Assembly: GCA_035264905.1 (NCBI GenBank)
Contig: DATFPH010000199.1
Span: forward strand, 3,820 to 67,819
DNA from: Thermoanaerobaculia bacterium
GTDB taxonomy: Bacteria; Acidobacteriota; Thermoanaerobaculia; Multivoradales; UBA5704
Length of the DNA stretch: 64,000 nt
Direction of reading: 5' to 3'
How positions within the stretch are numbered: the stretch's first letter is position 1; each line of letters starts with the position of its first letter. Both the position numbers and the translations under genes were made by a program. Shown one piece after another: positions 17,957 to 26,972 of the stretch. The notes under the pieces were generated by a model. It saw nothing but the letters and a program-made list of their open reading frames with translations. It searched no databases and was not told where the DNA came from.

Positions 17957-19033
17957 ATGACCACGCCCTTGCCGACCGTCTGCTTCTTCCAGGCGTACAA
18001 CCGGGACTATATCCGCACCGAGACGTTGCTCGAAGGGCTGCGCGACAACGGCGTGCCGGTCGTCCTCTGCCAGGCCAACCGCAAGGGGCCGCTGCGCTAT
18101 CCGCTGGCCTTGTGGAAGCTCCTCTGCGGCATCGGGCGCTCTGACGTCGTCCTCGCCAACTTCCGCAGCTTCGAGATCCTCTGGCTCCTGCGCCTGCTCA
18201 CCCGCAAGCCGATCGTGCACGACGCGCACATCTCCTTCTGGCAGAGCGCCTGCGAGGAGAGGGGCTGGTTCCGCCCCGGCTCCCTGCCGGGCCGGCTCCT
18301 CTTCTTTCTCGACCGGTGGAACGGCCGCCTGGCCGACCACGTGCTGATCGACACCGAGACGCACCGCGACTACTTCATCCGCACCTTCGGCATTCCGCCG
18401 GAGAAGATCACCAGCGTCTACATCTCCTGCGAGGAACGGCTGTTCCAGCCCCGCCCGGCACCGCCGAAAAGCGGACCGGAGATCACGGTCTTCTGGTCGG
18501 GCAGCGGCATCCCCCTCCAGGGGCTGGACGTGATCTATGAGGCCTTCCGTCTCCTCCAGGAGCGCGGCGTGCCCGTCGTCCTGCGGCTCGCCGGCGCCAG
18601 CCGGATCATCGAGCGGATGCGGCAGCGGGCGGAGGCCGAGGGGGTGCGGAACATCCGGTTCCTCGGAGGCATCCCGCGCCGGCAGGTGATCGAGGAGATC
18701 GCCGCGGCCGAGATCGGCCTCGGCGGCCATTACTCGACCGTCCCGAAGGCCGGACAGGTGATCGCAGGCAAGGTCTACGAGCTGATCGCCATGCGCCGGC
18801 CGGTCATCGTGGGAGACAGCCCGGCCACGCGCGAGCTGTTCGTCGATGGCGAGAACGCGCTCCTCTGCCGGATGGGCTCGCCCGAATCCCTGGCCGACGC
18901 CGTGACCCGCCTCGCCGCCGACCCCGCCCTCGCCGGGCGCCTCGCCGCCAATGCCCACGAGCTGTACCGGAGCCGGCTGCGGCCGGAGGTGGTGGTGGCG
19001 CCGCTGCTGCGGGTGCTGGCGGACGCCGTGTAG
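17957..19033 (+). CDS. glycosyltransferase family 4 (GT-B)
   Basis: GT-B two-domain pattern, with C-terminal GKVYELIAMRRPVIVGDSPATRELF. It is divergent from the pyruvyltransferase gene across a 37-nt spacer. Confidence 0.75.
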   Translation: MTTPLPTVCFFQAYNRDYIRTETLLEGLRDNGVPVVLCQANRKGPLRYPLALWKLLCGIGRSDVVLANFRSFEILWLLRLLTRKPIVHDAHISFWQSACEERGWFRPGSLPGRLLFFLDRWNGRLADHVLIDTETHRDYFIRTFGIPPEKITSVYISCEERLFQPRPAPPKSGPEITVFWSGSGIPLQGLDVIYEAFRLLQERGVPVVLRLAGASRIIERMRQRAEAEGVRNIRFLGGIPRRQVIEEIAAAEIGLGGHYSTVPKAGQVIAGKVYELIAMRRPVIVGDSPATRELFVDGENALLCRMGSPESLADAVTRLAADPALAGRLAANAHELYRSRLRPEVVVAPLLRVLADAV

Positions 19034-19040
19034 CCGCTGC

Positions 19041-20030
19041 CTACCGCCACGACGGCGGCAACCCGCGCTCGATCTCGATCGCGGTGAAGCGCGGGGTCTC
19101 CCGCGCCCCGGCTTGGCGGACCCAGGTGGCCATGCGGCGGATGCCCTCTTCGAGCGGGATCTCCTCCGTGCTCCCGAACACGCGCCGCGCCTTCTCGTGG
19201 GCGGCCCAGGCGTGCTGCACCTCGTTGCGCGCCGGCTGGTGGTCGATCCGCGGCGCGGCGCCCATCGTGCGCGCCACGATCCGCGCCAGGTCGTTCACCG
19301 AGCAGGGCTGGTCGGCGCCGACGTTGAACAGCTCGTTGCGCGCCGCCTCCACCTCGATCGAGCGGGCGATCACCGGCGCCACGTCGGCCACGTGGGTGAA
19401 GGCGCGGGTCTGGGTGCCGTCGCCGAAGACGGTCAGCGGCTCGCCGCGCAGGATCTGGTTCATGAAGATGCCGATCACGTTGCGATAGCGGTCGCCCACG
19501 TTCTGGCGCTCGCCGTAGACGTTGTGCGGCCGGAAGATGATGAAGTCGAGACCCCACTGCTCGTGGGCCGCCCGCAGGTCGAGCTCCACCGCGTACTTGG
19601 CGATCCCGTAGGGGTCCTCGGGGCGCGGCGGCGTCTCCTCGAGCATCGGGAGCTGGTTCCGGCCGTACACCGCGATGCTCGAGGTGAAGACGAAGCGCCG
19701 CACCTCGTGTTGCACGGCCAGATTGATCAGGTTCACCGAGCCGATCAGGTTGTTCTCGTAGTTGAACCGGCGGATGAAGTGGGAGAGCCCCTCCGCCGCA
19801 TAGGCCGCCAGGTGGAAGACGTAGTCGAACGCGTGCCCGGCGAAGAGGCGGGCAAGGAGGGCGTCGTCGACGATCGATCCCTGGACGAGCTGGGCGCCGG
19901 CCGGGACGTTCTCTCGCGCGCCGCCGCTCAGGTCGTCGAGCACCACGACGGAGTGCCCCCGCGCGAGAAGCTCGTCCGCCAGATGGGAGCCGATGAAGCC
20001 GGCGCCGCCTGTCACCAGACTGGTGGGCAT
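19041..20030 (-). CDS. NAD-dependent epimerase/dehydratase (extended SDR)
   Basis: MPTSLVTGGAGFIGSHL Rossmann motif and YGIAK catalytic YxxxK. The start shares one nucleotide with the upstream stop (TGATG at 20028-20032). The track start at 20429 is rejected. Confidence 0.88.
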   Translation of the reverse strand: MPTSLVTGGAGFIGSHLADELLARGHSVVVLDDLSGGARENVPAGAQLVQGSIVDDALLARLFAGHAFDYVFHLAAYAAEGLSHFIRRFNYENNLIGSVNLINLAVQHEVRRFVFTSSIAVYGRNQLPMLEETPPRPEDPYGIAKYAVELDLRAAHEQWGLDFIIFRPHNVYGERQNVGDRYRNVIGIFMNQILRGEPLTVFGDGTQTRAFTHVADVAPVIARSIEVEAARNELFNVGADQPCSVNDLARIVARTMGAAPRIDHQPARNEVQHAWAAHEKARRVFGSTEEIPLEEGIRRMATWVRQAGARETPRFTAIEIERGLPPSWR

Positions 20031-20959
20031 CAGACCTCCTCCGGTCCGGCGGCGCGCCGGCGCAGCAGATACCCCGCGCCGCACCCCAGCGCATCCCCCA
20101 ACGTGGTGACCAGCCGGAAGAGGAGCGGCAGGCTGAGAGCCACTCCCGGGCCGTAGAGCGGGCGCAAACCCGCGAGGAGAATCGCCTCGCGGATGCCGAG
20201 GCCGGCGGGCGCTCCCGGGGTGACGAACCCCGCGACCCAGGCCGCGGCCATCACGGCCGCGAGAGCCGGCCAGGACGCCGGGGCGGCGCCCAGAACAGTC
20301 TGGGCGAGCAAGGCCGCGCAGGCGCCGAAGGCAAAGAAGTTGAACGCGTAGAGGCCGAGGCAGGCCAGCCAGAGGAGCCCGCGCCGGCCGCGCGACGCCG
20401 GCGGGGCCGGGGCCGGGAAGCGCGCCCACGCCCGCACCCGCGGGGAGTCCACCAGGCGCGACGCCAGCGCGACCCCGCCCACGGCCAGCAGGGCGGCGGC
20501 GGCGTGGCGCGGACCGGCCGGTCCCGGCGCGTTCTGAGGGCCGGGGAACGCCGCGGCCGTCACCGCGATGCCCGCCAGGATGGCGCAGGCCGCCTCGACA
20601 GCCAGCGTGAGGAGGACGGGGCCCGGACCGAGCCCTTGCTCCTTCGCCAGCGCGACCCGGCCGACGTAATGGGCGAAGTTGCCGGGGAGATATTTGCCGA
20701 TCTGGGACAGCAGGAAGATCGCCGCCACGGGCCGGAGCCGGGGCCGCTCTCCCGCCGAGCGGAGCAGGAGATGCCAGGCGGACGCCGAGGAGATCAGGGT
20801 GAGCCCATAGAGCGCCACGGCCGCGCCGGAGCCGGCGACCGCGCGGGCGTTCCAGCGGATCTCGGGGAGGCTCTGCGCATGGCGCACGGCGAAGAAGACC
20901 AGATAGGCGAGGCTCGCGGCGACCAGGACGGCGCCGAGCAGACGGGAGGCCCGTTTCAT
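20030..20959 (-). CDS. flippase-like / lysylphosphatidylglycerol-synthase-TM-type (UPF0104) membrane protein
   Basis: MKRASRLLGAVLVAASLAYLVFF..., SQIGKYLPGNFAHYVGR motif, polytopic. ATGA overlap with the upstream methyltransferase stop (20956-20959). Confidence 0.65.
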   Translation of the reverse strand: MKRASRLLGAVLVAASLAYLVFFAVRHAQSLPEIRWNARAVAGSGAAVALYGLTLISSASAWHLLLRSAGERPRLRPVAAIFLLSQIGKYLPGNFAHYVGRVALAKEQGLGPGPVLLTLAVEAACAILAGIAVTAAAFPGPQNAPGPAGPRHAAAALLAVGGVALASRLVDSPRVRAWARFPAPAPPASRGRRGLLWLACLGLYAFNFFAFGACAALLAQTVLGAAPASWPALAAVMAAAWVAGFVTPGAPAGLGIREAILLAGLRPLYGPGVALSLPLLFRLVTTLGDALGCGAGYLLRRRAAGPEEV

Positions 20960-21759
20960 CGCCGCCGCGCCAGAATCAGATAGCCGGTGCCGAGCTCGCG
21001 CTCCAGGAAACGGTTCTGCAGCCAGCAGCAGGCCCGGAAGAGCTGGACACCGGGCCAGCTCGCCTGGAGAGGGTAGAGCCGGGTTTCGAAGCCGCGGTCG
21101 GTGCCGCTGCGCCCGGTGCTGGCGGCCGCGTCCGGCAGGGCTCCGTTCGCGCGCAGGCTCCGCCGCAGGACCCGGGCATGGACGCGGCCGCGCAGGGTCT
21201 CGGTCAGGTTGCTGAGCGGGAAGCCGTAGCATTCGTGGTGCTCGACGGCGAAGCCAGAGCGGTCGAGGAGGGCCAGCAGGCCGCTTCTCTCGTAGCGGCG
21301 CAGATGCCCCGCCCAGGTGTCCGTCGCGGTCCAGCGCGCCTGCCGGGCGGGCACCGAGAGCAACAGGCGCCCATCCGGCCGGAGCCAGGCCCGCCACTGG
21401 CGCAGCGCGCCGGCGTCGTCCTCCAGATGCTCCAGCACCTCGAAGGCGAGGACGAGGTCGAAGGCCTCGTCCCATCCCTCCTGTGGACGGGAGAAGACCT
21501 TCACCTCCGGATGATCCCGGTTCACGTCCCGGGCCAGAGCGAGGGCTTCGCGCGAGGTCTCGACCGCCGCGCACGCGAAGCCCAGGACCGCCAGGTCGTG
21601 GAGCAGGGCGCCGGCGCCGCATCCGATCTCGAGCACGCGGCCGCGCGGCAGACCGGAGAGGATCGAGAGGATGCGGGCCCGCCGCAGGGCGTACCGCGGA
21701 GCGGGGACCCAGCCTCTCTCGGCGACGCTGAGCCCATAGACCGGATGCCGCTCCATCAT
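20956..21759 (-). CDS. class I SAM-dependent methyltransferase
   Basis: VLEIGCGAGALLHDL (motif I), LVLAFEVLEHLED and LRPDGRLLLSVP. ATGA overlap with the upstream GT2 stop. Confidence 0.85.
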   Translation of the reverse strand: MMERHPVYGLSVAERGWVPAPRYALRRARILSILSGLPRGRVLEIGCGAGALLHDLAVLGFACAAVETSREALALARDVNRDHPEVKVFSRPQEGWDEAFDLVLAFEVLEHLEDDAGALRQWRAWLRPDGRLLLSVPARQARWTATDTWAGHLRRYERSGLLALLDRSGFAVEHHECYGFPLSNLTETLRGRVHARVLRRSLRANGALPDAAASTGRSGTDRGFETRLYPLQASWPGVQLFRACCWLQNRFLERELGTGYLILARRR

Positions 21760-22730
21760 CCCTTCCGGTCGGAGAAACGCCCGCCGACGGCTTGGTCCTC
21801 CTCCAGCCGCCGCACCTTTTCCAGGAGGAGCTCGATCAGCGCCCGGTTGAACGCGATCAGGTCGGCGACCACGCCGACGAGCAGGGAGACGAAGCCGAAG
21901 ATCAGCAGGACGCCGCCCAGGACCAGCGATTGGACATGCCCTCCCCCCTGCCCCTGGACATAGAAAAAGAAGAAGCGGGCCACCGGCAGCGCGCCGATCA
22001 GCACCAGGGTGCCGCCGAGAAAGGTGAACACCCGGAGCGGCTTGTACATCGTGTAGGTCCGCACCATGGTGGCGAGCGACTGGAGCAGGAAGTGGGGCAC
22101 GCTGCGGAAGAGGCGCGACTCCCGCATCTGCGGGTTGACCGGCACCGGGACCCAGGCGACCGCGATCCGCTTCTTGCCGGCCTGGATCAGCATCTCGATG
22201 GTGTAGCTGAAGGACGAGACGATGTTGAGCTGGAGGGCGGCGGCGCGCGACATGGCGCGGAAGCCGCTCACCGCGTCCGGCACCTCCAGGCCCGAGATCT
22301 TGCGGACGACGAAGCTGCCCAGCTTCTGCAGCCGCTTCCGGCTCCTGGAGAAGTGGGTGACCTGGTCGGTCCGGCGGTCGCCGACGACGATGTCCGCCAC
22401 GCCCTCCAGGATCGGCCGGACGAGATCCGGAATGGCGCTGCCGGCGTATTGGTTATCCGCATCGGTGTTGACGATCACGTCGGCTCCGAGACGCAGGCAG
22501 GCGTCCAGCCCGGTGCGGAAGGCCTTGGCCAGTCCCTGGTTGCGGACGTGGCGGATGATGTGGTGGGCTCCCGCGTCTCGCGCCACCCGGGAGGTCTGGT
22601 CCGTGCTGCCGTCGTCGATGACGAGGATCTCGACGACGTCGAAGCCGGGGATCTGGCGCGGGATCTCGCTCAGCGTCAAGGGGAGCGTCTGCTCCTCGTT
22701 GTAGCACGGGATCTGGATGATCAGCTTCAT
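21756..22730 (-). CDS. GT2 polyprenyl-phosphate glycosyltransferase (GtrB/ArnC/DPM1-like) with C-terminal TM helices
   Basis: MKLIIQIPCYNEE...VIDDGSTDQT...NTDADNQY...SGFRAM, with two hydrophobic helices at the C-terminus. First gene of a four-gene, overlap-coupled minus-strand operon. Confidence 0.85.
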   Translation of the reverse strand: MKLIIQIPCYNEEQTLPLTLSEIPRQIPGFDVVEILVIDDGSTDQTSRVARDAGAHHIIRHVRNQGLAKAFRTGLDACLRLGADVIVNTDADNQYAGSAIPDLVRPILEGVADIVVGDRRTDQVTHFSRSRKRLQKLGSFVVRKISGLEVPDAVSGFRAMSRAAALQLNIVSSFSYTIEMLIQAGKKRIAVAWVPVPVNPQMRESRLFRSVPHFLLQSLATMVRTYTMYKPLRVFTFLGGTLVLIGALPVARFFFFYVQGQGGGHVQSLVLGGVLLIFGFVSLLVGVVADLIAFNRALIELLLEKVRRLEEDQAVGGRFSDRKG

Positions 22731-22846
22731 CGTGGGATGGAGCGTACCAGAGCGGTCGGCGCGATGAACGCGCGGATTGACGCTTTGCCGATTGGATGGT
22801 ACTCTCTTCGAGAGAAGTCACCAAAAAGACAGAGGAGGTATACCCC

Positions 22847-23308
22847 GTGAAACGCATCTTGTGGTTGGCCGTGGTGGCCTTGACGTGCGCGCTCCCTGCG
22901 AGCGCCGCCGGTCCGTTCCGGTTCTATCCGTTGACGCCCTGCCGGCTGGTCGATACCCGGCAACCGGCCGACGCACCCATCCTGTCCCACGGAGCGACCC
23001 GCACCTTCACCATCCAGGGGAAGTGCGGAGTCCCCAGCGGAGCCAAGGCGGTCGCTTTGAACGTGACGGTCATCGGCCCGACCGGGCAGGGTTATCTCAC
23101 GGTGTTCCCCGCGGGGACGGCGCGCCCCATAGTCTCGAACATCAACTATGCCGGCGGAGAGTCCGCGCTCGCCAACGGAGTGATCGTTCCTCTCGGGGCC
23201 TCGACACCGGACCTTTCCGTGTTCCCGTACGTGATCCAGCCGTTCGGCGTGCAGGGGCAGACTCATCTCGTTCTCGACGTGAGCGGCTATTTCGACACCG
23301 CTCTCTGA
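22847..23308 (+). CDS. small secreted protein, paralog C (single PCRxxDTR...GYF domain)
   Basis: GTG 22847 with GAGGAGG ~8 nt upstream. Signal peptide VKRILWLAVVALTCALPASA. The body (TPCRLVDTR...CGVPSGAKAVALNVTV...GYLTVFPAG...SNINY...ANGVIVPL...LDVSGYF) matches only the central domain of paralogs A and B. Confidence 0.65.
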   Translation: MKRILWLAVVALTCALPASAAGPFRFYPLTPCRLVDTRQPADAPILSHGATRTFTIQGKCGVPSGAKAVALNVTVIGPTGQGYLTVFPAGTARPIVSNINYAGGESALANGVIVPLGASTPDLSVFPYVIQPFGVQGQTHLVLDVSGYFDTAL

Positions 23309-23333
23309 GTCATCGGCCTTTCTGAACCGTACT

Positions 23334-24092
23334 TTGGAGAGCTCGAGACCCGCGGAGTGGCGCTCGCGCAGGATCTGCGTGATCATGCCGGCCTATAACG
23401 CGGAAAAGACACTGGAGCGCACGTACCGCGATCTTCCGCTCGACTGGGTCGACGACGTGATCGTCGTCGACGACGCGAGTCAGGACCGGACGGTGGAGAT
23501 CGCGGAGAGCCTCGGGCTGCACGTGCTCGTCCACCCGCAGAACCGGGGCTACGGGGGGAACCAGAAGACCTGCTACCGCGAGGCCCTCGCTCGCGGTGCC
23601 GACATCGTTGTCATGGTCCACCCCGACCACCAGTACGATCCCACCTACGTTCCGGAGCTCATCGCGCCGCTGCTGCGCGGCGAATGCACCGCCGTCTTCG
23701 GCAGCCGGATGCTGGGAGGCCGCCCCATCGAGGGCGGCATGCCGAAGTGGAAGTACCTGGCGAACCTGTTCCTCACCATGGTGGCGAACGCCACGTTCTA
23801 CGTCTTCCTGTCGGAGTATCACTCCGGCCTGCGCGCCTACAGCCGGGAGTACCTGGAGGCGATCGACATCGAGCGGAACTCGGACAACTTCGTCTTCGAC
23901 ACCGAGATCATCGCCCAGGGAGTCTGGAAGGGTCTGCGGATCAAGGAGATCCCGATCCGTACCCGCTATTTCGAGGAGGCCTCGCAGATCGGCTTCTGGC
24001 GCAGCGTCGAGTACGGGTTCTCGGTCCTCGGGATCCTTCTCCGGTACAAGCTGCACAAAAAAGGCGTCCGGCGCGACCGGCTCTTCACGTAA
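23334..24092 (+). CDS. glycosyltransferase family 2
   Basis: ICVIMPAYNAEKT...VVDDASQDRT...MVHPDHQYDP are GT2 motifs. The start is ambiguous: TTG 23334, GTG 23379 or ATG 23385. Confidence 0.8.
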   Translation: MESSRPAEWRSRRICVIMPAYNAEKTLERTYRDLPLDWVDDVIVVDDASQDRTVEIAESLGLHVLVHPQNRGYGGNQKTCYREALARGADIVVMVHPDHQYDPTYVPELIAPLLRGECTAVFGSRMLGGRPIEGGMPKWKYLANLFLTMVANATFYVFLSEYHSGLRAYSREYLEAIDIERNSDNFVFDTEIIAQGVWKGLRIKEIPIRTRYFEEASQIGFWRSVEYGFSVLGILLRYKLHKKGVRRDRLFT

Positions 24093-24104
24093 GCACGTCT
24101 GACC

Positions 24105-26945
24105 TTACGCGATCCCGGCGCGCTTCACCATCTCGCGCCGGTCGTCGCGGTCTTCGCGCAGGCGCTCGATCCGTTCCAGCTCCCGCTTCAGGCGCGCCCC
24201 GGCGGCCTCGGGAGCATAGATCTCGCAGATCCGCTGGCGGGCGGCCTCGATCCGGCCGGCCGTGGCCTGGGGCGAAGCCGTGGCGACCTCCACCATGAGC
24301 TCGGCTGCGTGCTCGGGGTCGGGGTCGGCCCAGACCGCTCCGGCGGGATACGGGCCGCGCGGCTCTTCCAGGGTCTTCATCGAGTGGCGGATCACCCAGC
24401 CCGTCGAGTCGTCGAAGAAGTCGGTGACGCCGCCATAGCCGGTGGCGATCACCGGCCGCTTCAGGTACATGGCTTCGATGAGCGGCAGGCCGAGCCCCTC
24501 GGAACGGTGGAGGGAGACGTAGGCGTCGCAGGCCGCCATCACGGAGTTCACCTCCGCGCGGCTCATCGGCTGCCTCAGCAGGGTGACCGGGAGCTCGGCG
24601 ATCCGGCAGAGGAGCTGCCGGCCGAGCGCCGCGTCCGCCTCCAGGTGGTTGACCTTGAGGAGGAGATGGAGGGGGCGGGGGCTGTCGCGCACCGCCCGCG
24701 CGAAGGCGCGCAGCAGGCCGTCCGGGTTCTTGCGCTCGGGGATGCTCAGCGCATCGAAGGCGAAATAGAACAGGAAGCTCTCCGCCGGCACACCCAGCGC
24801 CTGCCGGTCGGCCGGCTCTTCGGTGGGCGCGGCGACACACGGCGGCACCCAGCGGACCTCCAGCGGTGCGATCGCCTGGAAGGCGTCCAGGCAGAAGCGG
24901 GTCGGCGCCCAGACCTCGTCGAGATGGCGGAACGAGTCGGCGAACGCGAGAGGGAAGTGGGAGAGCTCCCAGAACCAGTAGCCGATCCGGTGGCGCCCGG
25001 CGAGCAGCGCGCGCGGGAGCTGGCGGCTCACCACCGGGATCATGTCCGCGTTGACGTGGAACAGGATGGTGTCGAACGGCAGGCCCTGCGTTGCGCCGCG
25101 CAGCGGATCGTCGGCCGCGCTCGCGCCGAGGTTCCAGAGAGCCGTGGGGACGCGCGTCTTCTCCAGGGCGAGGAGCGTGCCGCGGCAGGCTTCGCCCACG
25201 CCGGTGGGAGCGGCGGCCCAGCCGACCACGTTCAGGCCGCTGGAGCCGGTCGAGGCAAGGGAAGAGGCGGCGGAGCGAAGAGACGGCAGGCCGGCCGAGG
25301 CCGGCTGCGGGCGCGCCTTGGGTTGTTCCATCTTCGGCTGCGGCCGCCGCCACCTTTGCCGCTGCCACCAGAGAAGCGCCCATGTCATCTGGCGGGGAGG
25401 CAGGGTACGGATCACCGGCCAGACGAACGCGGACGGCAGATTGTACTCCCGGCGGCCGGAGGTGACGTACCAGAGAGCGAAGGCCGCACGGTCCGTTCCG
25501 AACGGATCCGGGAAGGAGCTCCGCAGATCTGCGCGCTGGCGATGGAAGATGAGGGCAAGGCGCGGAATGAGCGGACGGCCCTCCGGGTCCGGCCCGGACT
25601 CGGCGTTGAGCGTTGCGATCTCGTCCGCCGTGAAGCGGCCTTTTTTCAGGGGGACCCCCTGGGAGATCTCGTGCCAGGTCCGGTGGTGCGTCTCCTCGAG
25701 ACGCGGGGAAGGTCCTTTGTGAACGCGCTGGAGCGCGAGCGCGACGGCATGGGTGAAGACTTCTCCGATCTGGTGCTCGGCAGCGTGCGCGACGAACCAT
25801 CCGGCGAAGCTGGCGCGGTCCCGCCGGTCGGGAGAGGGGAAGACCTGCTGCAGATCCCGGCGCTGCTCCCAGATGGAGAACGCGATCCGTGGAAGCGGAA
25901 TGGGGGAGAGGCGGCTGTCCGGGCTCAGCAGCCATCCGAGAAAGCTGTCCGACCCGGAGGCTGCGAAGGGATCGGCCCAGCGCTTCCCCTCGGGATCGAG
26001 AAGGCGTAGAAGCCGGCGCGCCACGTCCGGGATGGGCGTACCGTCCGCGAAGCAGCCGAACCCATAGGGAAGCGGCTCCAACTCGCCATGCTCCGCGGCC
26101 AGGAGGCGTTCTCCGTACTCGTGGAAGAGAGGCTCGACGTCCGGCCGCTGCTTCAGCGAAAAGCGGTTCTGGTACTTGGAGATCAGCTCCTGCCGGCGCA
26201 GCATGTAGCCGCTGAAATGGAAGAAGCGGAGCGGGGCGTCGCCCACCCACCAGCCGCCATCGCGCCGGGCGAGCGTCCGGTGCATCAGGTTCCAGTAAGC
26301 GACGTTGCAGCCCGGATCGCGGTGGATCTCCGCCTGGGCCAGGAACACCGGCGCGAAATCCATCCAGCGTTGGTCGACGAACAGGCCCTCCTCGACGGCG
26401 TGCAGGCATTCCTTGTAGAGCCGGCGGTGCCACCAGTCGAGGAAGGGGAGCGTCCGGTGATTGAAGGCCACTCCGAGAAAGCCCAGGTTGTAGATCCCCG
26501 AGAGCAGGAAATCCCGTTCGGACGGGGTGCGGTCGTCCTCGATGGGCTCGGTGATGTGCGGCGTCAGCAGAACGTCGGACGCGCCGAGCCGCTCATAGAT
26601 TCCCGACAGATCGCCGGTGACCAGGATGTCCGGGTCGAAGTAGCAGATCCGGTCGTAGCCGCCGGTCCTGTGGAGATGGAGCAGAAACCAGGGTTTGACC
26701 GCCGTGTTGAGCTCGAGGATCGAATACCGGAAGGCGAAGCGGGAGAACCCCGGAATTCCCAGGCTCTCCACGAGAACGGCCGTGAAGGGCTCGTCCTCGT
26801 ACCGCAGGGTGGGATCCGGCTTGTCGACGATCAGGACGTAGACCCGTCCGTCCGGGTGCTGCTCCAGGAACGAGCGGGTGAATACCCGCGCGTACGCCAG
26901 GTAATTATTCGAGACGATCGTGCAGGCGACCCGGGGAGTGCTCAT
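24105..26945 (-). CDS. bifunctional glycosyltransferase: N-terminal GT8-like GT-A domain + C-terminal GT4 domain
   Basis: N-terminus: ACTIVSNNYLAYARVF...YFDPDILV (GT8-like nucleotide-diphospho-sugar transferase). C-terminus: HRSEGLGLPLIEAMYLKRPVIATGYGG (GT4 EX7E region). ATG at 26945. Confidence 0.8.
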   Translation of the reverse strand: MSTPRVACTIVSNNYLAYARVFTRSFLEQHPDGRVYVLIVDKPDPTLRYEDEPFTAVLVESLGIPGFSRFAFRYSILELNTAVKPWFLLHLHRTGGYDRICYFDPDILVTGDLSGIYERLGASDVLLTPHITEPIEDDRTPSERDFLLSGIYNLGFLGVAFNHRTLPFLDWWHRRLYKECLHAVEEGLFVDQRWMDFAPVFLAQAEIHRDPGCNVAYWNLMHRTLARRDGGWWVGDAPLRFFHFSGYMLRRQELISKYQNRFSLKQRPDVEPLFHEYGERLLAAEHGELEPLPYGFGCFADGTPIPDVARRLLRLLDPEGKRWADPFAASGSDSFLGWLLSPDSRLSPIPLPRIAFSIWEQRRDLQQVFPSPDRRDRASFAGWFVAHAAEHQIGEVFTHAVALALQRVHKGPSPRLEETHHRTWHEISQGVPLKKGRFTADEIATLNAESGPDPEGRPLIPRLALIFHRQRADLRSSFPDPFGTDRAAFALWYVTSGRREYNLPSAFVWPVIRTLPPRQMTWALLWWQRQRWRRPQPKMEQPKARPQPASAGLPSLRSAASSLASTGSSGLNVVGWAAAPTGVGEACRGTLLALEKTRVPTALWNLGASAADDPLRGATQGLPFDTILFHVNADMIPVVSRQLPRALLAGRHRIGYWFWELSHFPLAFADSFRHLDEVWAPTRFCLDAFQAIAPLEVRWVPPCVAAPTEEPADRQALGVPAESFLFYFAFDALSIPERKNPDGLLRAFARAVRDSPRPLHLLLKVNHLEADAALGRQLLCRIAELPVTLLRQPMSRAEVNSVMAACDAYVSLHRSEGLGLPLIEAMYLKRPVIATGYGGVTDFFDDSTGWVIRHSMKTLEEPRGPYPAGAVWADPDPEHAAELMVEVATASPQATAGRIEAARQRICEIYAPEAAGARLKRELERIERLREDRDDRREMVKRAGIA

Positions 26946-26972
26946 CAATGGTAGCGAATCTTACTACGTGCT

